Positions 25,721-36,849 of a stretch of 64,000 nucleotides of DNA are shown here, piece by piece. The notes beneath the pieces were generated by a model. The model did no database searches and was not told the DNA's origin. It was given only the letters and a program-made list of their open reading frames with translations. Within the stretch, counting starts at the first letter, position 1. The number at the start of each line of letters is the position of its first letter. This DNA comes from Octopus sinensis (taxonomy: Eukaryota): contig NC_042998.1 of NCBI RefSeq assembly GCF_006345805.1, forward strand, positions 102,486,001-102,550,000, in the 5' to 3' direction. A program made the translations under genes and the position numbers.

Positions 25721-27615
25721 TTAATTGTAACATTTAGCCCGAATAGCCGCTATGTACACATATCAAAATCACGCTACACCATTAAAATGTGCATTTAAAC
25801 ATTTAACATTTTTAAATTCCTGTAGATGTATACTGCCATTGTTTTAATGAAATTCGTCTAAATTCCTGTAAACTGCTCTCAAGTTGAGAAATATAGATGT
25901 TTTCGAACTAGTTTGGATTCTTTGCCATCATATTTGATGGCAAAGAATCCACACTAAATCGAAGATATCTATATATTTATAGTTGTGCCTGGTATGCAAT
26001 TAGATGGATAGCGTTTAACCGCCTCATATCTACACTGTACAATGCAACTATTATATTTAACATTTAACATTTACAACTCAGCTGAACAAAATGTAAAGAC
26101 ATTAATAAAATTCTGTCTAACGTAAAATCATTTCGAGTATCAACAGATTACAAAAGAAAGTTATATAAACAATTCGATCATTCACACTCATATATACATA
26201 CATATGTATAACACACACACATATTCACACATACACATACATACACACATATACAATCATTGAAGAATCTATAAGTCATAAAATATAAGTATAGCAAATT
26301 TCCACTCACTATAGAGACTCGTGAGTATATTAACATTTATTCAATACAGTATTACAAAAACATTTTGGCGATTTTTACTAATCAGTTTGATATAAGTGTT
26401 AGAAGCGCTTATATGAACAGTGTGGTGATCGCGTCCTGCTACAGGAGGTGAGCAAAAGTTATATCCGGTTTATGGGTGCTAGAAATTAAAAAATAAAGAA
26501 AAAGCGGTGTGCAAAAAAGCAACCCTAGGAGAATGTCAAAGGAGTATTTTACGAGTTTCATCCATAAAAAGCCAGAACGCCCTCACGGTGCGAAAGTAAC
26601 CGCCTACAAGGTATTGTTTGGGCGGTGTGATATGTGTGCAGGACGTTAGTGAGAAAATAGTTGTGGTGGGCTTCCAATCTTAAAGCCATGTGTGAGTATG
26701 TATGTGTATGTTCATATGGAAGTTGAGCTTTGTAAACATTGTGCTGGACTCTCAGAATCTTGTGGTGGGATATACTGATAGTGAAAGCTCTAAAATCCGT
26801 AATCAAGAATCACCCCACATGTAACAAATCACATAGTTCCTGATATCTGGTTCCCACTTCCATTTTATTTCTAATCCAGCTGCAACTGATGGCCGTCCGA
26901 TATATTTTTCTGTTGTGCTGGATCACATTTTCTGAGATACTTTTCACATCTTCAAGTGCACATCAATATATTATATATTGGATATTTTATATTCAATCTT
27001 ATTTTCTTTAATGCTTTTCTTTATTAGATATTTGCCAGCCTATATTAAGCAGGACTATGATGAAAGGCATTACGCTCTGACTATCCGGTCTATGTAAAAG
27101 ATATCCTCTTCTGTATTATGAAATATCTCATCTCTGTTTGAAGTGGTAGAATGTAAATGAGGGGAGAACCGTTTGTTATTTCTATCACGTATAATTTTTC
27201 ATTCCCTTGTCCTTTCGTTAAGTAGTAAATTTTGCTGCGTTATTATATATATTATCTTTCTTGACGGTGTGACTGCTTAGCAGCCGCAACAATTTGTCCT
27301 TCCTGAAGGCGCTCTTCATTGGAATTGTACTTTGTGCCTTTACTGATGCTTGTACATTTAGTACAAGCGATATTATTTTTACCCTACGCTATGACACGGT
27401 GACGGACTGTTCAAGGTGGAAGTTTTATTGATTATTTTGTTTCTTATCATGTATGCTTAACATACTCATGAATTTAATGTGTAGTATTTTCACATTCTCT
27501 GCCTATTTATGTCAATACACCACGCTCGATATAATAATAGTAGAAGTATTAAAGATAAGAACAATAAAAACATCAACAAGGACAATAAGAAGCACAACAA
27601 TAAAAATAAAAGTAA

Positions 27616-27828
27616 TTTCAAATTTTGGCACGAGGACAGCAATTTCAGGGGAGGGGTTAGTCGATTACATCGACGCCAGTGTTCAAGCTGGTACTTATTT
27701 TATCGACCCCGAAAGGATGAGAGACAAAGTCGACCTAAGCGGAATTTGAATTCAGAACGCAAGAACGACGGACGAAATCCTGCTAAGGATTTTATCTGGC
27801 ATGCTAACGATTTCGTCATCTCAACTCA
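27616..27828 (-). mobile_element. tRNA-derived SINE, family B
   Basis: Reverse complement contains ctgaattcaaattccgc..gtcgactttgtctctcatcctttcggggtcgataaaataagtaccag and tail aattgctgtcctcgtgccaaaatttgaaa. Confidence 0.85.
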
Positions 27829-27831
27829 TTA

Positions 27832-27849
27832 ATGATGATGATGATGATG

Positions 27850-27934
<85 letters not shown>

Positions 27935-27946
27935 CAACAACAACAA
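27832..27946. repeat. Compound (GAT)n-(TAA)n-(CAA)n microsatellite
   Basis: Direct reading. Confidence 0.95.
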
Positions 27947-27962
27947 ACATTTCTACTAAGCA

Positions 27963-28120
27963 GTTTCAAATTTTGGCACAAGACCAGCAACTTTAGAAGG
28001 AGGAGTTTAATCGATTACATGATACACCATACGCGACACGTGCTTATTTTAACAATTGCGAAAGGGTTAAATCACAGGATGTGAACCCAAATTTTAAAGA
28101 GCTTGAAGAAATGCCAATAA
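27963..28120 (-). mobile_element. Decayed SINE family B 3' fragment
   Basis: tttcaaattttggcacaagaccagcaact..aatcgattacat matches 27616-27670. Confidence 0.55.
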
Positions 28121-28353
28121 GCAAAGTCTAACACGCAAAATGTAAAATAAAAAAAATATGATGATGATGACGGCGTTGATAATAATTTCAAGTAGAGAGA
28201 TACTTTCAAAGCCTAATTATTAATGTTTAATTTTGTATGTGTTTCTACTGGGTTTATAAAAACCAGAATTATACAAATAAGATAATGTTTCCTCCGCCAC
28301 CTTACTTTCGCATTATTACCGTTTCATTGTACTTAATTATATGTCGGTTTTAT

Positions 28354-28498
28354 CCGAGGTCGACTTTGCCTTTCATCCTTTCGGGGTCGATAAATTAAGT
28401 ACCAGTTCCGCACTGGGGTCGATGTAATCGACTTAATACCTTTGTCTGTCCTTGTTTCTCCCCTCTATGTTTAGCCCCTTGTGGGTAATAAAGAAACA
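28354..28498 (+). mobile_element. 5'-truncated SINE family B with 16-bp TSD
   Basis: ccgaggtcgactttgcctttcatcctttcggggtcgataaattaagtacc..gtgggtaataaagaaac, flanked by tatatgtcggttttat at 28338-28353 and 28499-28514. Confidence 0.9.
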
Positions 28499-29418
28499 TA
28501 TATGTCGGTTTTATAAGCCTTATTATCATCGTTATTCATTTTACTAGCAAAATGTGTGTATAGGTAATACTTTTGCTGCTCTACTCTCGATACAAAATTG
28601 CTGAAATAAAAAATCATGGATACAAAACAATAAGATGTTTTGTTGGGAAATCTTGTCTGGTACACGGAAAGTGATGTTCATGGAAATGTCACATAATGTA
28701 GATGATAGCTACGTGAAGGCCAGGTATATATTGGTAAAATCGATCAATTATTTATAAATTTCTTCCATTTTTTTTAACAAACTGCAGCAGACACCATTGA
28801 ACAAATACTTTTGGAAATTTCAATGAGAAATTTACAATATTTTGGCTCATGGTAAATGTATAGATGAATGAATGAATGAATCATTGCACGTACGTAGTTT
28901 AAAACCAGAGATGATGGATAAGTAGTTTGCGGAGTTCGCACATTTTTCAAGTTGGCGAAAACAAATATGATGATGGATCTTAAATATAAGGAAGCATTAG
29001 CAACAAGACATTTACTTTCAGTTTGAATTTGTGTGAGTGAAATATATATTTAAATCTGTTGAAAGCGAAAAAAAAAACGAATGAAAGAAAGCAAGGTAGA
29101 GATAAAATTTTAAAAAAATTCAAAGTCTACATCGAATTTGTCTGCAATGAAATAAGTAGTACTATATCTATGGGCGTTATGTGAAATACTCGCTAGCAAT
29201 CAATATTTCATAATCAAAACAAACTTTGATTCTCTGTGAGGTCACTCAGAAACTGCAAGTAGTGTGGAAGGAATATTTTATTGTGGCACAAAAATAGGTA
29301 GGTTGTTGAAAGTTCAGCATAGTCAGAATTTCGAGAATTTATAGCCCCAACACAAATTTTCTTTACAACTGATCTGCCAAGTCACATCCATAGGCTGCAA
29401 CCGATATATGTATGTATG

Positions 29419-29452
<34 letters not shown>

Positions 29453-29470
29453 TGTATGTATGTATGTATG

Positions 29471-29500
<30 letters not shown>

Positions 29501-29501
<1 letters not shown>

Positions 29502-29710
29502 CGGGAAGCTTTATGAAAATAAACAAAAGACGAAGGCAGGTGGAATACAAACAAACAATTGTATTAGTATGGCGCTCAGGAATATAAATAAAACAAGTCT
29601 TTTACGTTCCGAGAGTACGCTCTTCAACAGAAAGATACACAGAAAAGAAACACGGAGAGAAACAAGGAAGAAAAATGCGTGCAGAAGCTAGCGAATCAAC
29701 ATGGCGATCT
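29501..29710 (-). mobile_element. Solo PLE pLTR fragment (related to 20420-20620) embedded in (TATG)n
   Basis: Reverse complement ..ccttgtttctctccgtgtttc..ctttctgttgaagagcgtactctcggaacgtaaaagac..tactaatac..ccacctgccttcgtcttttg aligns with 20430-20610. (TATG)n on both sides. Confidence 0.8.
29598..29635 (-). ncRNA. Hammerhead-like motif with non-canonical core
   Basis: tcttt-CTGTTGAAGAG-cgtact-ctc-GGAA-cg-ta-aaaga: perfect 5-bp stem I, GAG/CTC stem II, GUA triplet. Confidence 0.5.
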
Positions 29711-29759
29711 GTATGTATGTATGTATGTATGTATGTATGTATGTATGTATGTATGTATG

Positions 29760-29793
<34 letters not shown>

Positions 29794-29856
29794 TGTATGT
29801 ATGTATGTATGTATGTATATGTGTGTGTGTGTCTGCGTGTGTATTTATATGTATAT

Positions 29857-29889
<33 letters not shown>

Positions 29890-29892
<3 letters not shown>

Positions 29893-30653
29893 CAATTAAG
29901 GACAACTACTTAATAAGGAAAACTTAACAAGAAATGGTCAGGTAGATAGCGTAAAAACCTCATAAGAGAAAAAATTTCGAAAAAAATTATTTCTTATTGA
30001 ACATATTAATTATATATAGAGGGCATTATACATACATGCCAGGAGGCATTGTATATACATGCCAAACGCTAAGAGGACAATCAGTCATTTCTACCAAAAA
30101 TATTACTAATCCCACCGAATGCAATTTTTCAAAGTAAGACATTTAAAAATATAGGCCTGTATCACAGTGATTTCATACTTACGTAATCATCAGCAGGCCT
30201 GAATGTATTATAAATAAACAACGACCCTGCCTCGCTTAAGCCGATCAGCTAACTGATCAACATCAACGAAGCACATGGGTGAGTTTATATATATTACATC
30301 CGGGTAAATGGCAAACTTTTACGAATTGCAATTCGGGAGAGGAAAAGTTTTTCGGAATAAAAATTAGCAATTAAGGACAACTACTTAATAAGGAAAACTT
30401 AACAAGAAATTGTCAGGTAGATAGCGTAAAAACCTCATAAGAGAAAAAATTTCGAAAAAAATTATTTCTTATTGAACATATTAATTTATATATAGAGGGC
30501 ATTATACATACATGCCAGGAGGCATTGTATATACATGCCAAACGCTAAGAGGGACAATCAGTCATTTCTACCAAAAATATTACTAATCCACCGAATGCAA
30601 TTTTTCAAAGTAAGACATTTAAAAATATAGGCCTGTATCACAGTGATTTCATA

Positions 30654-30657
<4 letters not shown>
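29890..30657 (-). mobile_element. Non-coding HHR-containing ~1.6-mer of a 476-nt unit (retrozyme-like or tandem pLTR), flanked by (TA)n
   Basis: Near-identical direct repeats at 29890-30181 and 30365-30657 (about 1 substitution and 3 homopolymer indels seen), separated by a ~183-bp unique part. The HHR spans the repeat/spacer junction. No ORF. Confidence 0.8.
30153..30200 (-). ncRNA. Type I hammerhead ribozyme
   Basis: AGGCCTG-CTGATGA-T.TAC-GTAA-GTA.T-GAAA-TCAC-T-GTGA-TA^CAGGCCT: 7-bp stem I, intact core, GUAA-capped stem II, AUA triplet. Predicted cut between 30160 and 30159. Confidence 0.9.
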
Positions 30658-30723
<66 letters not shown>

Positions 30724-30992
30724 ATATTTATATGTATACACACATATACACTCACGCACGTATATATAGATAGTTAGATATGTATATATATATATACGTG
30801 TGAGTGTGTGTTTGTATGTATTCACGCAGATATGTATGTTTGTATATACGTGAATGTGTCTGTATGAGTTCCTATATATATATATATATGTGTGTATGTG
30901 CGCACATTCATTCGGTTTTCAAATCCCAATACGTGAGGAAGCGATATTTCTTTTTGAATTGAGATTTGAATCACACAGTTTTAGATTTTAGA

Positions 30993-31024
30993 CTCTGCTG
31001 GATCGCAGCCATCTTCAGCGGTAC
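30993..31024 (-). ncRNA. Half-decayed hammerhead relic upstream of a PLE fragment
   Basis: CTGAAGA-T-G-GCTG-cgatc-CAGC is present, but the following GAAA is lost (agagt). Confidence 0.35.
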
Positions 31025-31189
31025 CACTCACAACATGCTTTTCCGCACACCTACAGACCAAATAACACCCTCTCTCATAATTCACCCGCATATCCTTTTT
31101 GTGAAACACTTAAAGATTCATACTTTCTGAATACTGCTTTCTTATTCAACAACCGATCTTATTTTTCCCTACAGCAAACACGTAAATTG

Positions 31190-31620
31190 AGGCTCCGTCC
31201 CGCCCACCAGATGCAATATAGCAATCGCCAACGATGCAACATTTGCTGGGATATTATCAACTCCGCAAGCATCAACCGCCCTATGTCTGTCTGACATGAC
31301 AGTGAAAATTTCTTGTACGTATCCTAACCTCATAAATTGGACAACTTGGAAGTATAGCGAAGATATATACATCGAGATAAAAGGTCGGCATATCCCCAAT
31401 AAGATTTGGAAGTATAATCATATCACAATACTATATATCTGTCCAGTCTCTAATCACTCATTTCAGCACAGGACATTCTATCACCGACTTATAACCATAG
31501 CGATCTGTACGCATATTATGACCGTATCATCAAGAACACAGAACGAACAACGGTTCATAATCAAATTAGGAACAATGTCAGCAGCCTGTTTCTATAAATG
31601 CTACATCATTTCTTAGTTCA
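31190..31620 (+). mobile_element. Decayed PLE GIY-YIG 3' end (Neptune-like)
   Basis: RCNICWDIINS, ISCTYPNLI, PVSNH and NEQRFIIKLGTM (partly ORF 31296) parallel the 19400-19850 region. Confidence 0.55.
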
Positions 31621-31964
31621 GTAATCGCATTTATATGTTTCAGCTCTTCTCTCACCTCATCTTTTTCTGTCATCTCTCTATGGTAGATTCTCTTTTCAAC
31701 TGCTTCTCACTTCGCCTTTCCCTCAGAAAACTCCCTGCTAATATTTCCTGTCTACGTATGAAGCTTACGTTGATTTAAGTTTCTAATAAGTTCCAGACAG
31801 TTTCTCAAACATAAGAATGTAAAGATCTACTATATTTCATTCATTTTCGTCCTGTGATGTTTACTGTCTACAATGATGGATATTTTTTCGCGCATCTTTT
31901 GTCGCTTTTACGCAATAACACACACAAAAACTTATCTATCTATATATAATATATATATATATAT

Positions 31965-32001
<37 letters not shown>

Positions 32002-32084
32002 CGGTAAATGAATTGTCGTCTAAATTAGCAAAAATGAAAATAACACTAATATCTCATTTTAACAGATAATCTTTTATTCATTTA

Positions 32085-32298
32085 TTTGTTTCAGTCATTT
32101 GACTGCAGCCATGATGAAGCACCGCCTTTAGTCGAACAAATCTACCACAGGACTTATTATTTGTAAGCGTAGTACTTATTCTATCGGAACTTTTGCCGAA
32201 CCGCTAGTTTACGGGGACGTAGACACACCACCATCGATTGTCAAGCGATGATCGGGGTGGGGGCAAGCACAGACACACAAACACACACATACATATAT
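32085..32298 (-). mobile_element. SINE family A, 3' half only
   Basis: gtttcagtcatttgactgcagccatgatgaagcaccgcctttagtcga..ccgaaccgctag..gtcaagcgatg; abuts the maT relic. Confidence 0.85.
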
Positions 32299-32299
32299 T

Positions 32300-33230
32300 T
32301 ACCAACATTATATTAAAATATCTTGAAATTCTAACAGTAAATTTATTAAATGAAATCGCCATTGGATTCAACTACGGTCTCCAGACAACTTTGGAATCTC
32401 CTGCAACACTTCTGGGTATTCTCCTTTTTTTTTACTGGTCTCTCGCCACATTTCTCCGCAAATTACGGGAATTTCTTGGCTTGGTGAATTTCTGTGCAGA
32501 GACAGGCAACGGCTCACAGATTTACTGTCACAGCAAACAAGCAAAATAAAAACATTGCACTGAGTGAAGAACAACTTGCCTCTTTCGCTAAGTTGAAAAA
32601 GCGTTATCCAACGCTAAACGGCGCCCCACATATAATAATCAAGGGCTGGAGTCAGGGGAACTAGCTGGCCAGATGTTAGTAGTAATGTGGTCACAGGAAT
32701 TGTCTGACAGCCGTGACTGTGTTCTCCTGCTTAGCCCCTTTTCATCTTGCATGCGGAATACCGAAAGTCTTCATGTACTACCTGCTTGATAAGGAACTCA
32801 GACAGTCCCATATCCCTGGCGATGAACCTGATTGACTTGGAGGGATTGTTGTCAATCTCGGGCTGGATCTCACCAACAAATTCCGGAGTTCTTTTCTTAC
32901 CAGAACGATCAGAGTGAGATTTCCGAGCTCCTGTATGTTTGTAATTATTGTTAGACTCATCCAACTCTTTCTGAATCCTCTGCACTATCCTCAGATTAAC
33001 ACCCAAACAATCTGAAATGTTCGTATTGGAGTCTCTGGCATGAACGCCAAGTAGTACAACATGTCGTTTCCAAATTTCTGACAGAGTGAATTGTGCCATG
33101 GCGCTGTTTTTCTCATAGATGGTGCCCAACTAACGCTACTATACTGTGTAATTGACAAAATCAAAAACAACCATGTCCATGCGCGTAATTAAAAATATAT
33201 AATGGCGACAAGTTACCCATCGCAATATGT
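32300..33230 (-). mobile_element. DD37D/maT-like element with internal deletion
   Basis: ORF 32731: MAQFTLSEIWKRH..KKRTPEFVGEIQ..NPSKSIRFIARDMG..KMKRG, joined directly to RRTQSRLSDN..IWPASSPD..YxWGAV. Most of the catalytic core is missing. Confidence 0.8.
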
Positions 33231-34009
33231 GCGAGTTAATGTGTGTTTGGGTGCGTGTGTGTGCACGCGTGTATAAATATATATATGTGTATATAAACAT
33301 ACATATATATATATATGCGTTTGCATGACTTTCATATGTTACAGAATAACTGCGAGCGTATTTCTTAATTTAGTCTCCATGTCAAGCAATTCATCCAAAA
33401 CGAATTAGTAAAACTCAATTAACGTGTTCAACATTCCATATGATCTGATAATGTACATATAAAGCAAATAACAGCAACAACAACACACACAGTTACATAC
33501 GCACACGCACACATACACTCACAGACACACACACAGAGTGAAATATATATTGATACACTGAAAATAAGTAGAGAAAATAATGGGAGATATTGAATCTTCA
33601 ACTATGGAATAATTTTGAAAAGCGGTTTGTTGATTTTAAGAATAATTGAATAGCTAAAATCCCTGCTGTTCGTTGTTATGTTGTTTTTACACTGATTACG
33701 GTTTAATTGTTGAGTAATCTGCATTTTTTGTTATACCTCAATTAATATTATAGTATTTACAGCCGATGAACAAATGCAAATTTTAGATTTGATTGCTGAA
33801 ATTATATTGTCTTCATATATTTAAAATTGTAATTGTTCCAGCATTATTGCCGACGTTATTCATTAATACGCTATTCATGGAATAATTTACATCGTCTCAC
33901 TGTTTTAACTAGAAGTATCTCTTATGACAAACCAGTAATCTACGTTTCTCTTACGCTATACTACTGTATGTATAGACATTTAGTATATATATATATATAT
34001 ATATATATA

Positions 34010-34350
34010 GTGCAGGACTTGACACAGTCCTTAAAGAACTGTGATATGCATGAGAATAACTGGGAGACCAATCACTGTTATCGCCACACACGGAGAAAGC
34101 AGATTAAGGAGAGGGTCGACACATCTGAGAGAGCACGTATTCTGCATGAAGAACTTAAGCGCGCTGCTCGAAACCACACTGCTAGTATAGTAAATGGGGA
34201 AAGATTGGTTTGCCATGTTTCCAGTCTTGTATGCTTGTCAAGAGCAGGGTTCGGTAGCCACCAAAGGAGCCGCAAATGCGAAATATATACGTTAGTCCTA
34301 GAGCGCAAAATGTTCCTGAAGGTCAGCCATGGTCACGAGTGGATTGCCAT
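34010..34350 (+). mobile_element. RTE-clade LINE 3' fragment
   Basis: LKNCDMHENNWE..IKERVDTSERARILHEELKRAAR..LVCHVSSLVCLSRAGFGSHQRS, a decayed C-terminal CxxCxxxCxSRxGLxSH motif. Confidence 0.6.
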
Positions 34351-34989
34351 AATCATATATGGTGCACACATATATATATAAATATATGTATGTGCGTGTG
34401 TTTGTGTGTGTGTGTGTGTGTATGTGTGTGTATGTATGTATAGATATAACAATCATCATATATATACTGATGGTGCTACGGAAGGAGCCGAAACTGGCCG
34501 ATCAATCTAAAGAATTCTCGGTTCCATGTGAATTAGAGATCGACTCCGATTAAACTAGACTTTAAACCTCTATGATAATCTTCTAGAAGGATTTAGCTGC
34601 AGTCAGACCTCGCACCATATGCCTATCGGAGCTTAATTTTAACTTTTTGTTTTTTATTAACAACTCCAATATGTCCTTTACGCATCATACAGCATTATAT
34701 CAGTATAATAATACAAAATGTTTAGCTATTGGACATGAGTATTTTAAGAAGTATTTCTTACACTGTAGAGCAGTCAACTTTTCCTGAAATGACAGAAACA
34801 ATTTAACAAACTTCTCATAAAATGTAGATGATAATGATTGACGCAGAGTGAATTAGCATGCAGAGTGAATTAGCATGCAGCTACATTTAGACAATAGCTA
34901 TATATTCCACAAAAGAACGGAGTAAAACGATATAGATGTCCGGACATTTAGCTAAAAATAAACAAAACTATATTGAGGATAATAGGACA

Positions 34990-35032
34990 CTACATAGACA
35001 TTTCGCAGTGACAAGAGTCCCTTATCAGGTGA
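34990..35032 (-). ncRNA. Degenerate type I hammerhead relic
   Basis: cac-CTGATAA-gggac-tctt-gtc-actgc-GAAA-tgtctatg-ta-gtg. G8 is changed to A and stems are weak. Confidence 0.35.
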
Positions 35033-36057
35033 AAGAATACACGATATGAAGCTCAATAAATGAATACCTAAAATACGATAAAAAGTGTAACTGAAAATAT
35101 CTTTGTACAAATACATGAAAATACATGAAAACAAAATAAAGCAATGTTAATAATATACGATGAAGAAGCATCGGGAGGGGTGTACTAACTCTCCACCCTT
35201 TCTTCTCTGTTAATTACGTGATAAATACAGCACAGTACTAATACCATCGTTTTATGGGAATACTATTAAGCCAAGTTATAAAGATGTAAACTAGATTCTC
35301 TTTATTGATTAGAAAATATTCAGCATAAAGGATAAAGAAATAGTCCCTTAGTACAATTTCTAATGAGATTTTTCAATATATTTTCTCTGGATTTCAGTGC
35401 AGCATTTCAATTCAGAAAATAATAATATTAGTACAGTACTAATTAAAATAATGCAATTAATAGATGCATAATGCTATAAACATTCTTGGATAACGTATTT
35501 AGATATGATAAAAATAAGAATAAGGAAACTACGAAAGTGTAAGACAGTAAAGTGAAGCTGTGATGCAATGCAGCTCTTTCAAATATTGTGCATTTGTTTT
35601 TTTTTTTGTTTGTTTTTTTTGTTTTGATGTAAATATTGAATAATTAAGAAATGACGGTTAATATATTCCTGAGAAATAAAATCGAGATCCACATATAGTT
35701 CTGCAAATTATTATTAGTAGGTTGTCTATAACAACTAAGAAAGAAGAGTGGTATGATTATTAGGCACAGCACTTCCTGATAAAAGATAATAATAGAATGG
35801 TTATTGTACATAGGAATAAGATGTAAGTGATTCCACAAAAAATACATCACGCACAAAAAGAAAGTATGACAAGAACAGAACTTGTGTGAGGCACATCCAT
35901 ATCCAGGTTTGAACACTGTTGCATTCTTCTTCAAGAAACACAAGTACAAATACTGAATGGAAAGCGAAAAATAAAACCAGTTAAGCCTCGACAATATGTT
36001 TATTGATACCAAAGAGTTCACATTCTAACATATACAAACACTTCTCTCTCTCACTCT

Positions 36058-36096
<39 letters not shown>

Positions 36097-36107
36097 TATA
36101 CTTATTT

Positions 36108-36306
36108 ACTCTAGGCACAAATGTTGGGGGAAGGGGCCAGTCGATTGGATTGACACCAGTACGCAACTGGTACTTAATTTATCGACCCGAAAGGATGAAA
36201 GGCGAAGTCGACCTCGGCGGAATTTGAACTAAGAACGTATAGACAGACGACATACCGCTAAGCATTTCGCCCCGCGAGCTAAAGTTTCTGCCAGCTCGCC
36301 GCCTTA
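36108..36306 (-). mobile_element. tRNA-derived SINE, family B, full length
   Basis: Minus strand: ggcggcgagctggcagaaac..gcttagcggtat..tacgttcttagttcaaattccgccgaggtcgacttcgcctttcatcctttcgggtcgataaattaagtaccagtt. Confidence 0.9.
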
Positions 36307-36849
36307 GGTAGGGTAGATTCTGTTAAGAACGTAGTAGAGTACTGTATAAAGCTCGTCCACCTTTAGATTTCTCTCGGTGCTCTCCAACCGTAGCATTATA
36401 CGTACGGGCAGACTTGTGTTGGGATTACTGAAGTGTGTGATGGATAATTGAGTAAGTACAAGTAGAGTTGGACATTTATTTGTGATCACTACAATTGTTT
36501 CCTGGCAAAGTAGTTCTTCAGGTTCACAAGTGTTTGGTCATGCAACCGTTTCCCTGCATACTGAAATCTAGTTGTGATTCCTTACATGATATATAAATAA
36601 ATATTGCCTCTGTAAACTCAGTATCTCAGATTGAAGTGCATCCCGCACACACAAATACATGCACACACATACACATGTAGATGCACGCACGCGTTTACGT
36701 ACACACAAAAAATGCACACGTACATAATATACATACATATATGTATAGATATATATACGGGTGTGTGTGATTGTGTATAGTAGAATATATTAATAAAAGG
36801 AATTCCAACCTTGTCTGATTTTCACGTATTATTTACAATCTTATAATGA

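Larger units (their letters stand above)
29408..29820. repeat. (TATG)n microsatellite split by the pLTR insertion
   Basis: Arrays at ~29408-29500 and ~29711-29820. Confidence 0.95.

Noticed and set aside
26600-26960. Faint Nematis-like PLE motifs (SISENVIQHNRKI, NVYKA), and faint PLE-like traces at 59100-59600
   Set aside because: Too few residues across frameshifts to call without a profile search.
34467-34505. CTGATGG..agccGAAA hammerhead-like words
   Set aside because: A9 is altered and stems I and III cannot be paired.
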